A stretch of DNA of 64,000 bases from NCBI GenBank assembly GCA_965218885.1, contig OZ244713.1, positions 3,128,638 through 3,192,637 on the forward strand, read 5' to 3'. The position numbers were made by a program, and so were the translations under genes. This stretch comes from a bacterium (GTDB lineage: Bacteria; UBA8248). Positions within the stretch are counted from its first letter, which is position 1. Each line of letters starts with the position of its first letter. This document shows, one piece after another, positions 28,126 through 38,914 of the stretch. The notes beneath the pieces were generated by a model that saw only the letters and a program-made list of their open reading frames with translations, ran no database searches and had not been told where the DNA came from.

Positions 28126-29292
28126 ATGGACCTCGTCATACGCGGCGGGTACGTGGTCGATCCCTCACAGAGTCTGGAGGGGACGATGGACGTCGAAATC
28201 GCGCGCGGCCGCGTGAGGCGGATGGCTCCCCACATCGAGCCGGGGGGCAGGCGGACGCTGAACGCCAAGGGAAAAATCGTCACCCCCGGTCTGGTCGACC
28301 TCCACTGCCATTTTTATGAGGGTTTTACGCACTACGGCGTGAACCTGGAGGCCACCATGCTCTCGCGCGGCGTGACGACGGCGGTCGATACGGGCAGCGC
28401 GGGCGCGCAGACGTACCCGAGTTTTCAGGAATGGTTTCTCGATAAAGCCCGTCCTACGGTGCGCGCGTATCTCAATATCTCGGAGGGCGGGCTCCTGATC
28501 GACGGCCTGGGCGAGAACATCGACATGCGCGCGCTGCGCGTGGACAGGGCGGTGGAGTGCTACCAGGCGAACCGGAAGCACCTCATCGGCATGAAGGTTC
28601 GCCTGAGCGACGACGTGGTGGAGCGCAGCGGCATGAGGCCCCTGGACGCGGCTCTCGAGGCGGCGGAGTTCCTGAAAGTCCCGCTCATGGCGCACGTGGG
28701 CAACACGCCCTCCTCTTTGCCGAGCATTCTCAAGCGCCTCCGCCCGGGCGACGTGCTCACGCACGCGTTTCACGGCAGGCGGGAGAACATACTCGACAAG
28801 AGGGGCCGGGTGCGCCGCGCGGTGTGGGAGGCGAGGGATTCCGGCGTTCTGCTCGACGTGGCGCATGGGCGCTCGAGCTTCAGTTTCGAGATTCTGGAGC
28901 GGGCCATGGCGCAGGGCCTGATGCCGGGAAACCTGAGCACCGACCTTCATACGCACTGCATCCACGGTCCGGTGTATGATTTCCCCAGCCTCATGAGCAA
29001 GTTTCTGGCCTTGGGCTTTCCTCTCGCCGAAGTAGTCCGGCTCAGCACGCAGACGGCGGCGGAGTGGATTGGCCTGAAAGGAAAGGTGGGAACGCTCAAA
29101 AAAGGCGCCAGGGGCGACGTGGCCGTGTTCCGGATGCGGGAGGGCAGGTTCGTTTTTGAGGACTCCCTGGGGGCGCAGCGCAAGGGAAACCAGATGCTCG
29201 AGGCGACGCACGTGGTTCTGGGCGGCCGGCTGTTGAGGCCGTCGGGGGCGGGACGGCGCAGACTCACCGAAGTGGCGAGGAAGCCGGAATAA
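28126..29292 (+). CDS. Amidohydrolase-family metallohydrolase (deacylase/dihydroorotase-like)
   Basis: MDLVIRGGYVVD...GLVDLHCHF metal-binding motif. The probable start is 28126, inside the ORF-track ORF. Confidence 0.7.
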   Translation: MDLVIRGGYVVDPSQSLEGTMDVEIARGRVRRMAPHIEPGGRRTLNAKGKIVTPGLVDLHCHFYEGFTHYGVNLEATMLSRGVTTAVDTGSAGAQTYPSFQEWFLDKARPTVRAYLNISEGGLLIDGLGENIDMRALRVDRAVECYQANRKHLIGMKVRLSDDVVERSGMRPLDAALEAAEFLKVPLMAHVGNTPSSLPSILKRLRPGDVLTHAFHGRRENILDKRGRVRRAVWEARDSGVLLDVAHGRSSFSFEILERAMAQGLMPGNLSTDLHTHCIHGPVYDFPSLMSKFLALGFPLAEVVRLSTQTAAEWIGLKGKVGTLKKGARGDVAVFRMREGRFVFEDSLGAQRKGNQMLEATHVVLGGRLLRPSGAGRRRLTEVARKPE

Positions 29293-29398
29293 CCTGAAAA
29301 TTTCCGCGTCCAAGGGGTTGACTCTTATAGGCTTGCGGGATTATCTTGAGGCGCTTTTACAGAGAGATGCATTTTTTGAAATTCCAGAGGCGAGCAAG

Positions 29399-29476
29399 AT
29401 GCGGACGATGAGAAGATTTTTTGAGGGATATTGCTTTTTCGGCTTTATCACCGTCCGTCCGCGCGCCGTGATGTAA
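29399..29476 (+). CDS. Candidate Phe/Tyr-rich leader peptide [25 protein letters not shown] (25 aa)
   Basis: Five Phe and one Tyr codon in 25, clustered as FF-x-x-Y-x-FF-x-F. Located in the 314-bp leader of the DAHP synthase gene, upstream of a terminator. Confidence 0.45.
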   Translation: MRTMRRFFEGYCFFGFITVRPRAVM

Positions 29477-29531
29477 CAACCGATGGCGAGCGGGCGGACA
29501 GCCCGATCGCCACGGACAAGTAGAGAAACAT

Positions 29532-29565
29532 TCGCCGTGGGACAGCCTCACGGCGATTTTTTTTG
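29532..29565 (+). terminator. Intrinsic terminator/attenuator hairpin (cgccgtg-ggacagcct-cacggcg plus 8 T) in the DAHP synthase leader
   Basis: 7-bp GC stem followed by TTTTTTTT, 40 nt before the aroG-like start. An alternative pairing partner ccgtccgcgcgccgtg lies upstream. Confidence 0.6.
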
Positions 29566-29606
29566 AGAAACAACTGAAATTCCGAGAGGGAAAAAGGAGA
29601 TTTGTT

Positions 29607-30626
29607 TTGATAATCGTGATGAAGCAGGGCGCAACGGATGATGAGATAGGGAAAGCCGTCGCAAGGATCAATGAACTCGGTTACCAGGAGCACGTCATCA
29701 AAGGGGTGGAGCGTACGGTGATCGGGGCCATCGGGGATGAACGGGGGAAATACATGCTGGAGTCGCTTGTATCGCTGAACGGAGTGGAAAGCGCGATGCC
29801 CATTCTCAAGCCCTTCAAACTGGCGAGCTCGGAGGGCAGGCCAGAGCGCAGCCAGTTGCCGATGGGCGAGGGAGTGGAAATCGGCGGTGAGCAGATCATT
29901 ATCATCGGCGGGCCGTGCTCCGTGGAGAACAGGGAGCAGATTATGGAATCCGCCGAAGTGGTACGGGCGGGCGGCGGCCACGTCCTTCGGGGCGGCGCGT
30001 ATAAGCCGCGCACCTCGCCATACAGCTTCCAGGGCATGGCGGAAGACGGCCTCAAGCTCCTTGCCGAGGCGCGCGAGAAGACGGGGCTTCCCATCCAGAC
30101 GGAGGTCATGGACTCAGAAGACATCGATGTGTGCTGCGAGTATGCGGACGTGCTGCAAATCGGCGCTCGCAACGTGCAGAACTTCTCCTTGCTGAAAAAA
30201 GTCGGCAAGACGAACAAGACCATTTTCCTGAAGCGCGGCATGTCCACGACGATAGAAGAACTCCTGATGTCGGCCGAATACATCATGAGCCAGGGGAACC
30301 CGAACGTCGTGCTGTGCGAGAGGGGAATACGCACCTTCGAGACGGCCACGCGCAACACGCTGGACATCAGCGCCGTGCCCGTGCTCAAGGAGCAGACGCA
30401 TTTGCCGATCGTGGTGGACCCGAGCCACGCGGCGGGCGCCTGGAGGTTCGTCGCGCCCCTGGCGAAGGCGGCCGTGGCGGTCGGGGCGGACGGCCTGATG
30501 CTCGAAATGCACCCTGAGCCAGAGAAGGCGATGAGCGACGGCCCGCAATCGCTCAAACCAAAGAAGTTCGCCGCCCTGGTCGAGGAGTTGAAGGTGTTCG
30601 CAGAGGCTAGCGGAAGAACGATATAG
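29607..30626 (+). CDS. aroF: 3-deoxy-7-phosphoheptulonate (DAHP) synthase, type I-beta with N-terminal regulatory domain
   Basis: N-terminal ferredoxin-like domain ([14 protein letters not shown]) plus a KDSA/DAHPS barrel ([17 protein letters not shown]). Confidence 0.9.
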   Translation: MIIVMKQGATDDEIGKAVARINELGYQEHVIKGVERTVIGAIGDERGKYMLESLVSLNGVESAMPILKPFKLASSEGRPERSQLPMGEGVEIGGEQIIIIGGPCSVENREQIMESAEVVRAGGGHVLRGGAYKPRTSPYSFQGMAEDGLKLLAEAREKTGLPIQTEVMDSEDIDVCCEYADVLQIGARNVQNFSLLKKVGKTNKTIFLKRGMSTTIEELLMSAEYIMSQGNPNVVLCERGIRTFETATRNTLDISAVPVLKEQTHLPIVVDPSHAAGAWRFVAPLAKAAVAVGADGLMLEMHPEPEKAMSDGPQSLKPKKFAALVEELKVFAEASGRTI

Positions 30627-30627
30627 C

Positions 30628-31497
30628 ATGTCCGTTCTTTTCGTGTTCGTGGACGGCCTGGGGGTTGCCCCGCCGGGACCGGGCAACCCGCTGTCTCGCG
30701 TGGGGGAGCCTCCGCTGGGGCTTTTGTGCGGAGGCGAGGCGCCCGGTTTCCGGCTCATCGAGGCGGACGCCCGCCTCGGCGTCGAGGGCATCCCCCAGAG
30801 CGCGACGGGCGGCACGGCCTTGTTCACGGGCGTGAATGCGCCCAAAGCGGTGGGAAGGCACCTTCAGGCCCTGCCGAATACGCAGTTGCGCCGCATCATC
30901 GCACGAAACGGACTCTTGAGGCGCGCCCGCGAGAGGGGCGCCGACATCGGATTCGCCAACGCATATACGCCTCGTTTTTTCATGCGCCGCAGAAACCGCA
31001 TCCGCTCGGTGACCACGGTGATGGCCGAGAGCGCGGGGATTCGGCTGAATCTCCTGGAGGATCTCCTCGAGGGCAGGGCCGTTTATCGCGACTACACGAA
31101 CGGGCTCATCGCCGGGCAGGGCCATGATGCGGCGAAGCTCGATGCCGAGGAGGCGGGTGAACGCCTCGGTAAGCTTGCGCGGGCGAAGGATTTGCTGCTC
31201 TATGAATTTTTCCAGACCGATCACGTCGGACATCGCGGAACCGCTGAGGATGCCTTTGAGGTTTTGGCGGATTTGAACCGGTTTTTACAGGCCGCGCTCC
31301 GGCGTATCGACCCGGATGTGGATACGTTCATTCTGAGCAGCGATCATGGCAACGTGGAGGATATGGAAACGTCCGCGCACACGACGAACCCCGTTCCCAT
31401 CCTGCTCTACGGCAAGGGTGCGGACACCTTGCTCGCTGATGCCACGAATCCGAATATCTGTCACGTAACGCCCTTGATTCTCTCCATTATTCCGTAA
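30628..31497 (+). CDS. Alkaline-phosphatase-superfamily metalloenzyme (cofactor-independent phosphoglycerate mutase/phosphopentomutase-like)
   Basis: FVFVDGLG...SSDHGN metal-binding motifs. Translationally coupled to the DAHP synthase stop. Confidence 0.5.
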   Translation: MSVLFVFVDGLGVAPPGPGNPLSRVGEPPLGLLCGGEAPGFRLIEADARLGVEGIPQSATGGTALFTGVNAPKAVGRHLQALPNTQLRRIIARNGLLRRARERGADIGFANAYTPRFFMRRRNRIRSVTTVMAESAGIRLNLLEDLLEGRAVYRDYTNGLIAGQGHDAAKLDAEEAGERLGKLARAKDLLLYEFFQTDHVGHRGTAEDAFEVLADLNRFLQAALRRIDPDVDTFILSSDHGNVEDMETSAHTTNPVPILLYGKGADTLLADATNPNICHVTPLILSIIP

Positions 31498-31645
31498 ATA
31501 GCATTTGATGCGTGATTGACGGGCTTCATTCGGAGGGAGAAAGGCGGCTCTCACCTTTCCAACATTGACTTTCCAACCGATTATGAAATAGACTCGTTTC
31601 CCATAATTCGGGTCGTTTTTGATTGATTTTGGCGAAATGGGGCGC

Positions 31646-32884
31646 ATGATGGAAAATCTCGACCCGACACTGATGGCGCGAATCGAAAAAGAAGGTGTAG
31701 GGCCTTTCTTACGACGTGCGCGTGAGGGAAAAGACGTACCGCTTCGTTCGATCTCCGAGCAGACGCGAATCCGTACATACTATCTGGAAAGTATCGAAAA
31801 CGGTGATTTCGATAAATTGCCGACCGGCCCGGTGGGTCTGGGTTTCGTCCGCGCTTTTGCGGACGCGGTCGGGGTGGATGCCAAGGCCGTCGCCGCGAGC
31901 TATAAACGCGAAATTACAGGCGGTGTTCCATTGGAGGAGTATGGGCTGGAGCCCGAAACTCGAATCCTTTTCAACGCCGCTCCCCGGGTGAATCGATTCT
32001 CATCCGTCGCCACTTTTGTTTTCGTATTGATTTTTCTTCTCGCCGGCGGCGGAATTTTATGGTTCATGAAGGGAAGAACGGAGCAGCTTGTTCCAATTGG
32101 ATCGATTGTCGACAGGGTCAAGACCGCTGTTGCGCCCATAGCGGATAAACTCCCACGGGTGAGTGGGGTGAATGAGAAGGCGAAACATGAAGACGGCGCG
32201 GAGAAAGAAACCGCCGTTGTCGAGAAAAAGGCTTCCGGGCAGACTCTTCCACCCGCCTCGACCGTGAATTTGAAGGAGCCTCCGGTTGTAGAGAAGGAGG
32301 AAAAACCTTCTCCGGTCGAGGAGAAGCATCCGGATCAAGCGAGCGTTCCCGTTCAGGAGAATCAGTCCCCTCCCGTTCAGGAGAGTCCACCGGCCCAGGG
32401 TGAAGTAAGTCCGCCTGTTCAAGCGAACGCCCAGACCCAGGAGACTCCCGGCGCTCAAGAGGAACCCTCGCCTACAGAGAGTCCGCCGGCCTCGCAAAAC
32501 CCTTCGGCTCAAGTGAGTGCTCCAGCCGAGGAGAAAGTCGCCCGCAATGCGGCATCGAACACTCAAGCCTCGGCGCAAGGGCGGCAGGCTCCGGCGCCGC
32601 CGGCGCCAGCCCCCCAGGCGGCTCCCGGGGAACTCCCCCTGGCGTTGAAGATTTTTGCGACGGAAGACACGTGGCTGCGAATCGTGGTCGATGCGAAAAA
32701 CACGGAAGAATTCCTCTTGCTGGCGGGCAAGGAAAGAAACTGGAAGGCGTCGGAAAAATTCGTCCTTACCGTGGGGAACGTGGCGGGAGCTCAGATATCC
32801 CTGAACGGCGCGGAGGTCGCGTTGCCCAAGAATGACTCCAACGTGCTCCGGGATTTCATTATCACCAAAAAGTATTTGAATTAA
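31646..32884 (+). CDS. rodZ: RodZ-like cytoskeletal protein (HTH, TM helix, Pro-rich linker, C-terminal DUF4115-like domain)
   Basis: XRE-type HTH GPFLRRAREGKDVPLRSISEQTRIRTYYLESIENGDF, a single TM helix, a P/Q/E-rich low-complexity linker and the C-terminal WLRIVVDAK...GN motif. Confidence 0.8.
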   Translation: MMENLDPTLMARIEKEGVGPFLRRAREGKDVPLRSISEQTRIRTYYLESIENGDFDKLPTGPVGLGFVRAFADAVGVDAKAVAASYKREITGGVPLEEYGLEPETRILFNAAPRVNRFSSVATFVFVLIFLLAGGGILWFMKGRTEQLVPIGSIVDRVKTAVAPIADKLPRVSGVNEKAKHEDGAEKETAVVEKKASGQTLPPASTVNLKEPPVVEKEEKPSPVEEKHPDQASVPVQENQSPPVQESPPAQGEVSPPVQANAQTQETPGAQEEPSPTESPPASQNPSAQVSAPAEEKVARNAASNTQASAQGRQAPAPPAPAPQAAPGELPLALKIFATEDTWLRIVVDAKNTEEFLLLAGKERNWKASEKFVLTVGNVAGAQISLNGAEVALPKNDSNVLRDFIITKKYLN

Positions 32885-32972
32885 GGGTTTTTCTGAAATT
32901 TCTCATGCGATACGTGACGCTCCAACACACTTCATCGCCTGATGTTCGATTTGAAATCTGAAATTTCACATC

Positions 32973-35900
32973 ATGAATGAATCCTTGTTATTGCTTCAGA
33001 ATCTCGATGGGGCCAAGCGAGTTCACTTGCGTGGCGCGAACGATGCGTCGACCGCCTGGTGGTTGGTCCGAATTGCGCGTGAACACCCTGGACCCGTTAT
33101 TATCGTCGAGAGCGAACAGCGTCGCCTCGAAGTGATCAAAGCGAACATGAAGCTGTTCATAGGCGCTTCGGGGAAGCGGGATTTGCCGATCCTGGGGTTT
33201 CCGGCATGGGATGTGTATCCCTTCTCCCGTTTGTCTCCATCCAGTGAAATTGTCGGCGAAAGGATGTCCGCGCTGCGATTTTTGCGCAGCGGGGAACAAG
33301 GCGTCGTGCTGACGAGCGTATCCGCCATGGGGACGAGAGTACCTCCGCCCGAACGACTGAACGACGCCATGATTCACTTGCGCGAAGGCATGGCGATTGA
33401 GCGTGATCCGTTCATCGGTTCGCTCGAATCGTTGATGTACGAGAGGAGGTCGTTGGTCGAATCTCCGGGAGAATATGCCGTGAGAGGAGGCATTCTGGAT
33501 TTTTTCTCTCCCCAGAATGCATATCCGACGCGCCTGGAATTTCGAGGAGATGAACTCGATTCCCTGCGAAACTTCCATCCCCAGACGCAGCGGAATCTAG
33601 GCACGCTTCAAGGCGTGGACGTTTTTCCATCGAAAGAGATTGTTTTCTCGCCGGAAGAACTGGAGAGGGGCCGCCTCGCCCTTTCGGAAGTCACCGCGCC
33701 GGAAACGAGTGAACGAGTAGAGCGCCTTCTCGAATACCTGGATACGGACGGACATTTTTCGGGTATGGAGGGTCTCGCGCCCATATTCTTGTCCGACATG
33801 ACGACCTTGTTCGACGTCGCGCCCGGAAGCGCGCTCTGGATTTTGAACGAAGCGGAAAACCTCGACGAAGCGATGGATAAGCTGTGGAGCGAAGTGAACG
33901 AGGAGGCGCGTCTTGCGCCCGAGAGGGGCCTCGTCTCATTCGCGCCTGAGCGTTTGTGGCTCGCCCCTGAGGAGATTCGCGAGGAGTTGTCCATCTGGCC
34001 GCGTCTCGAGTTCGACTCACTCGGGCTGGACGTCCCGAATTCCGAGAAGGGCTTCGAGGCGGGCGAGGCCTTGCGCGCGGAAAACATCAACCCCTTCAGA
34101 GGCAGGGTGGAGGCGTTCGTCGACCAGCTGCGTTCATGGCGCAGGGAGGATGAAAGCGTCGTCATCGTGGCGGAGGAGAAGACCCTCGCGCTGAGGATAC
34201 AGGCATTGTTGCGCGAGCATGAGGTGGGCGTGGAAATTTTGCCCGGAGGCGCTTCGTTCATGGAGGAGCGTCACGAAGTCGCTCTGGCGGAGGGGAAACT
34301 CGGCGCCAGCTTCAGGCTTCCTGAAGAGAAGAGGGTGTTCTTTCGCGCCCAGGACTTGCTGGTCGGCGCTTTGGGCCGGGATTCGCGCCGCCGCCCCCAA
34401 TCGAAGCCTGGCGAGGGCTTCAAGGATTTGAATGAGAACGACCTCGTAGTGCACGTGGAGCACGGCGTTAGCCGCTATATGGGCACGCGCGTCATCGAGC
34501 ATCGAGACGGGGAAAACGAATTTCTCACCCTTCAGTATGCGGGGGGCGACAAACTCTACGTTCCGATGGACGACGTCGAGCGCATCCACAAATACCGTGG
34601 AGCCGGGGCCGAGCCGCCCCTGGACAAATTGGGCGGGAACCGGTGGAGCAAGACGAAGAACAACATCAAGAAATCGCTCCGGGGAATCGCTCGCGATCTG
34701 GTGCGACTGTATTCGGAGCGAAGCGCCGCCGAGGGGCACGCCTTTTCTGCGGAAGGCGCATTCGATCATGAAATATCCGCCGGCTTCGGGTTTGAGGAAA
34801 CGCCGGATCAGGAACAGGCCATTCGCGCCGTGCTGGCGGATATGGAGCGCGCCCGTCCGATGGATCGTCTCATCTGCGGGGACGTCGGCTACGGAAAGAC
34901 GGAGGTGGCGCTCAGAGCCGCCGCCCGGGCGATTTCGGCGGGCAAGCAGGTCGCCGTCATCGTGCCGACGACGCTGCTGGCGCATCAGCATTGGGACACC
35001 TTTCGCAAGCGATTCGAATCGCTGCCTGTTCACGTGGAGATGCTCTCGCGCTTCAGAAGCAAAAAAGAGCAGGGCGAAGTGGTGGAAGGGCTCTCCGCCG
35101 GGCGTGTGGACATCGTCATCGGCACCCATCGGTTGTTGCAAAAAGACGTGTCGTTTCGCGATTTGGGCCTTCTGGTCATCGACGAAGAACATCGCTTCGG
35201 CGTTTCCCACAAGGAGAAGCTCAAGAAACTTCGTGTCGACGTGGACGTTCTGACGCTCACCGCCACGCCCATTCCCAGAACCTTGCAGATGGCGCTCTCG
35301 GGCACGCGCGATTTGAGCGTCATCGAAACGCCACCGCGTCACCGGGTCGCGCCGCGGACGTATATATCCCGCTTCAGCGAAAAACTCATCAAAGACGCCA
35401 TCGCCAAGGAAATCGACCGTGGGGGGCAGGTGTTTTTCGTGCACAACCGGGTGAGGAGCCTCCCCGCCATGCGGCGGCTTCTCACGAAACTCGCGCCGGA
35501 CGCGCGAATTCTCGTGGGCCACGGCCAGATGAAAGAAAGGGATCTCGAAGAGGTGATGGAGCAGTTCGTGACCCGCCGGGCCGACGTGCTGCTCTGCACC
35601 ACGATCATCGAAAGCGGTCTCGACATCCCCTCGGTGAACACGATCGTGATTAACCGGGCGGACATGTTCGGCATGGCGCAGCTCTACCAGTTGCGCGGCC
35701 GGGTGGGACGCGACAGGTTCCAGGCGCACGCCTACCTTCTGGTCTCGGGCGCAGGTTCCCTGACGAAGCCGGCCAGAGAGCGGCTCCAGGCGCTCGAGGA
35801 GTTGAGCGAACTGGGGGGCGGCTTCAAGCTGGCCATGCGCGACCTGGAAATTCGCGGCGCCGGACATTTGCTCGGACATCGCCAATCGGGACAAATTTCG

Positions 35901-36434
35901 GCCGTGGGGTTCGACATGTATTGCCGCCTTTTGGAAGAAGTCGTGCAGGAGGCCAAGGGCGAGACGGTCGATCGGCGTGAACCCGAGATCGTCGCGCCGG
36001 TGGCGGGCACGCTGCCCCCTTCGTGGATTCCGGCCCAGGCCGAGCGACTGGATGTATATCGCCGGATTGCATCGGCGCAAGCGCCGGCCGAATTGAGGGA
36101 GTTGGGCGTAGAACTCAAGGATAAATACGGAGAAATGCCGACGCGCGCCCTCCACCTTCTGGAACTGGGGGAAATCCGGTTGCGCGCCCGCCTTTGCGGA
36201 ATCAAGGCTCTCCAAATTCGCGGCAAGGAGGCGCATCTGGAGATTTTCCCGGGAGACTACGAATTGACGGCCGCATTTCTCGATATGCCGGGGATGGTGT
36301 TCACCGACACCCATGCTTTTCGCGCAAGCATCAGCGGGCGCTGGCCGGAGGATTTTGACTTTCTCGTACAAGTGCTGGATGCTTTGGAAGTGTGCAAAGT
36401 CTCCGAAGGCGAGTTGGCGGCGGAAGAAGCATGA
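32973..36434 (+). CDS. mfd: Transcription-repair coupling factor Mfd
   Basis: 1153 aa with SF2 helicase motifs (GDVGYGKTEVA, DEEHRFG), UvrB-homology and TRG domains. Confidence 0.95.
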   Translation: MNESLLLLQNLDGAKRVHLRGANDASTAWWLVRIAREHPGPVIIVESEQRRLEVIKANMKLFIGASGKRDLPILGFPAWDVYPFSRLSPSSEIVGERMSALRFLRSGEQGVVLTSVSAMGTRVPPPERLNDAMIHLREGMAIERDPFIGSLESLMYERRSLVESPGEYAVRGGILDFFSPQNAYPTRLEFRGDELDSLRNFHPQTQRNLGTLQGVDVFPSKEIVFSPEELERGRLALSEVTAPETSERVERLLEYLDTDGHFSGMEGLAPIFLSDMTTLFDVAPGSALWILNEAENLDEAMDKLWSEVNEEARLAPERGLVSFAPERLWLAPEEIREELSIWPRLEFDSLGLDVPNSEKGFEAGEALRAENINPFRGRVEAFVDQLRSWRREDESVVIVAEEKTLALRIQALLREHEVGVEILPGGASFMEERHEVALAEGKLGASFRLPEEKRVFFRAQDLLVGALGRDSRRRPQSKPGEGFKDLNENDLVVHVEHGVSRYMGTRVIEHRDGENEFLTLQYAGGDKLYVPMDDVERIHKYRGAGAEPPLDKLGGNRWSKTKNNIKKSLRGIARDLVRLYSERSAAEGHAFSAEGAFDHEISAGFGFEETPDQEQAIRAVLADMERARPMDRLICGDVGYGKTEVALRAAARAISAGKQVAVIVPTTLLAHQHWDTFRKRFESLPVHVEMLSRFRSKKEQGEVVEGLSAGRVDIVIGTHRLLQKDVSFRDLGLLVIDEEHRFGVSHKEKLKKLRVDVDVLTLTATPIPRTLQMALSGTRDLSVIETPPRHRVAPRTYISRFSEKLIKDAIAKEIDRGGQVFFVHNRVRSLPAMRRLLTKLAPDARILVGHGQMKERDLEEVMEQFVTRRADVLLCTTIIESGLDIPSVNTIVINRADMFGMAQLYQLRGRVGRDRFQAHAYLLVSGAGSLTKPARERLQALEELSELGGGFKLAMRDLEIRGAGHLLGHRQSGQISAVGFDMYCRLLEEVVQEAKGETVDRREPEIVAPVAGTLPPSWIPAQAERLDVYRRIASAQAPAELRELGVELKDKYGEMPTRALHLLELGEIRLRARLCGIKALQIRGKEAHLEIFPGDYELTAAFLDMPGMVFTDTHAFRASISGRWPEDFDFLVQVLDALEVCKVSEGELAAEEA

Positions 36435-36445
36435 GGTTTTCATCA

Positions 36446-37431
36446 TGGAAAACGGGAGGAGCGCGCGGCGTCTGATTCGAGGCCGCCGAACCCGGTGGGC
36501 GTGGATTTGTTCGATGGCGCTGCTCATCGCGGCGGGTTGTGATTCTTCGCTTCAGACGAGAAGCGAGAAAAAAAAGGGTACCCTGCTGGTGCAGGTGAAC
36601 GGCGAGCCGATTACCCGGCAAGATGTGCGCGCGTATTTCATGGCGCGCGGGGATGAGGAGGTTTCGGCCAAGGCCGAAAAAGCCGTCCCCAGGGTCTTGC
36701 TGGATCAACTCGTGGAAAGACGGCTCCTGCTTCAGCGCTTCCGGGAGACGGGAGAATATGTGAGTGAGGGGAGAGTGAGGCGTTTCGTCGAATTCGTTCG
36801 CCGCCAATACGGCGGACAGGATTGGAATGCCGTCATGAAAGAGCAGGGGATCGACGAGGAGTCGTGGCTCAAAACGATGCGCGAGACGCTCGAGATTGAA
36901 CACCTGCTGGAAAGGGAAGTGTATTCGAAGTTGAAGATCTCAGATTCCGAGATAGAAGATTACTATGACCGCAACAAGGAGAAATTCCGGGTCGGAAAAC
37001 GTTGGCGGGTTCGCCAAATCATCGTCTCTTCGGCTAAAATGGCTTCTCAGTTGAGAAAGCGTGTTCTCGAGGGGAAATCGTTCGCGTCTCTTGCGCAGAA
37101 ACATTCCATCGGCCCCGAGCGCGACGAGGGCGGCGATTTGGGTTATTTCCAGAAAGGGGAGTTGCCCGAAAACATCGAGAACGTAGTGGAATCACTGAAG
37201 TTGGGCGAGGTGAGCCGGGTCGTCAGGAGTCCGGCGGGCTTCCACCTTCTGGAGGTCTCGGAGAGAAGATTGCCGATCCAGAAAACGTTGGCCTCCGCGA
37301 GGGATAGCATCAGAAAACGGTTGCTGGCGGATAAGGGCAGAGCGAGACTCGCAGGGTGGATCGGAGAACTCAAGCGAAATGCGAAAATCAAATACTATTG
37401 GGAAAATCTTGAAAATGTCGTATCGGGCTAG
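36446..37431 (+). CDS. SurA-like periplasmic peptidyl-prolyl isomerase (parvulin domain)
   Basis: Signal peptide/lipobox (LIAAGC) and parvulin motif GGDLGYF...GFHLLEV. Confidence 0.8.
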
Positions 37432-38905
37432 GCGTTTCTGTGTTTTGGCGATTGCGTTATACGCCCTGGTGGGCGCGCCCGTCCCGGCGATGTCCGCCGC
37501 CGTGACGATCGAGAGAATCATTGCGAAGATTGACGATGACATCATTATGCTCTCCGAGCTTCAGGATTTGGTGAAACCGAGCGTCGAGAAGTTGAGAAGG
37601 AATTTCAGGGGAGAACAACTGAATCGGCGAATTCGCGAACTCGAACTCGAGGCGCTCGATGCCATGGTCCAGAGAAAACTCATATCGAAGCGCTCCTCTG
37701 CTCTCGAGTTGAACGTCAGCGAAAAAGAAATTGAAAACGCAATCGCGGGCATACTTCGCCAGAACAAAACGACGACGGCCGGATTGCGCTCTTTTTTGTC
37801 GGCGCAGGGAATGAGTATGGAGAAATATCGCGAAGAGCTTCGCGAGAAGCTGCTGGCGCGAAAAGTAGAGAACATGGAAGTCGGCGTGCGCGTCTCGGTG
37901 GTGGAGCAGGAAATTGCGGATTATTACGACGCCCACTCCGATGACTATCGCGAGGCCGAGCGCCGGGTGGTGCGGCAGATTTTCTTTCCCGTGAGCAAGG
38001 ACGCTTCCGCTGCGGAAATCGAAGCGCAGCGCAAAAAAGCGGACCTCGCATACGAAGAGGTCGCCAAGCCCGGTGCGGATTTCCCCAAGCTGGCCGAGAA
38101 GTATTCCGAAGGTCCCGCCCAAAGCCGGGGCGGATCGTTGGGTTCCATGAAGAAAGGCGAGGTTTTTCCCGAACTCGAACAACTCATTTTCTCGACGGCG
38201 AAGGGCGAGACGAGCAAGCCGACGAGAACGAGGGTGGGCTTTCACATCGTCCACGTCGATGAGGTGAAGCCGGGGAAAGTGATCACCCTCGACAGGGTGG
38301 CCGGCAAAATCCGCAACAAACTCTTTAATGAAAAATTCATCAAGAGACGACGCGAATGGATAACGGATCTCAAAAGAGCCGCTTTTCTGGAAATCAACTA
38401 TGACCCCGTCGCTTCGCCGGGCGGCTTGTCTTCCGTGTTCAAGGATGTTCGCGAACAGATTACCTTCAGGCTGGTCGGCATCAAGCTCAAACAAGGCGGA
38501 GGGTTGTTCGGGCAGGACAGGGTTTTGTGGGCCTATGGTTCGAAGAGGGAGAAGCCTCGCTGGAAATCGGACAGGGTGAAAGTGGGTGAGGGGGCCAGTG
38601 TGGGGAAAGACGCCATCGGAGCCCTGGAGGCGGGGCACCGGTTGTTCGTGAATCCCGACCCATCGGCGAACTTCTATTTGTTCCGCTACGTGTATATACT
38701 GCCCGACTCGTATATCGGCAAAATCAGCTTTGCGGATATGATCAAGGCGTTCTCGGCCCAGTCGAAGGACGAGAGCAAAGAGCAAAAAGCCAAAGCGAAG
38801 ATGATGGCCTTCGACACGGAGAACAAGGCCGCGCGGCTCGAGTTCGAGGTGGAGGTTCAAAGGACGCGCAGCATCGTGGCGGATCCCAAAGAAATCACCC
38901 AATGA
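37412..38905 (+). CDS. SurA/PpiD-like peptidyl-prolyl isomerase, second paralog
   Basis: Signal peptide, SurA N-terminal domain and parvulin motif GGSLGSM...GFHIVHV. Confidence 0.8.
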   Translation, partial: KMSYRARRFCVLAIALYALVGAPVPAMSAAVTIERIIAKIDDDIIMLSELQDLVKPSVEKLRRNFRGEQLNRRIRELELEALDAMVQRKLISKRSSALELNVSEKEIENAIAGILRQNKTTTAGLRSFLSAQGMSMEKYREELREKLLARKVENMEVGVRVSVVEQEIADYYDAHSDDYREAERRVVRQIFFPVSKDASAAEIEAQRKKADLAYEEVAKPGADFPKLAEKYSEGPAQSRGGSLGSMKKGEVFPELEQLIFSTAKGETSKPTRTRVGFHIVHVDEVKPGKVITLDRVAGKIRNKLFNEKFIKRRREWITDLKRAAFLEINYDPVASPGGLSSVFKDVREQITFRLVGIKLKQGGGLFGQDRVLWAYGSKREKPRWKSDRVKVGEGASVGKDAIGALEAGHRLFVNPDPSANFYLFRYVYILPDSYIGKISFADMIKAFSAQSKDESKEQKAKAKMMAFDTENKAARLEFEVEVQRTRSIVADPKEITQ

Positions 38906-38914
38906 TCACGTAAA

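Noticed and set aside
28165-29313. 382-aa minus-strand ORF
   Set aside because: It is antisense to the amidohydrolase gene, a compositional artefact.
34134-36527. 797-aa ORF on the minus strand
   Set aside because: It is antisense to mfd, an Arg/Pro-rich GC artefact.
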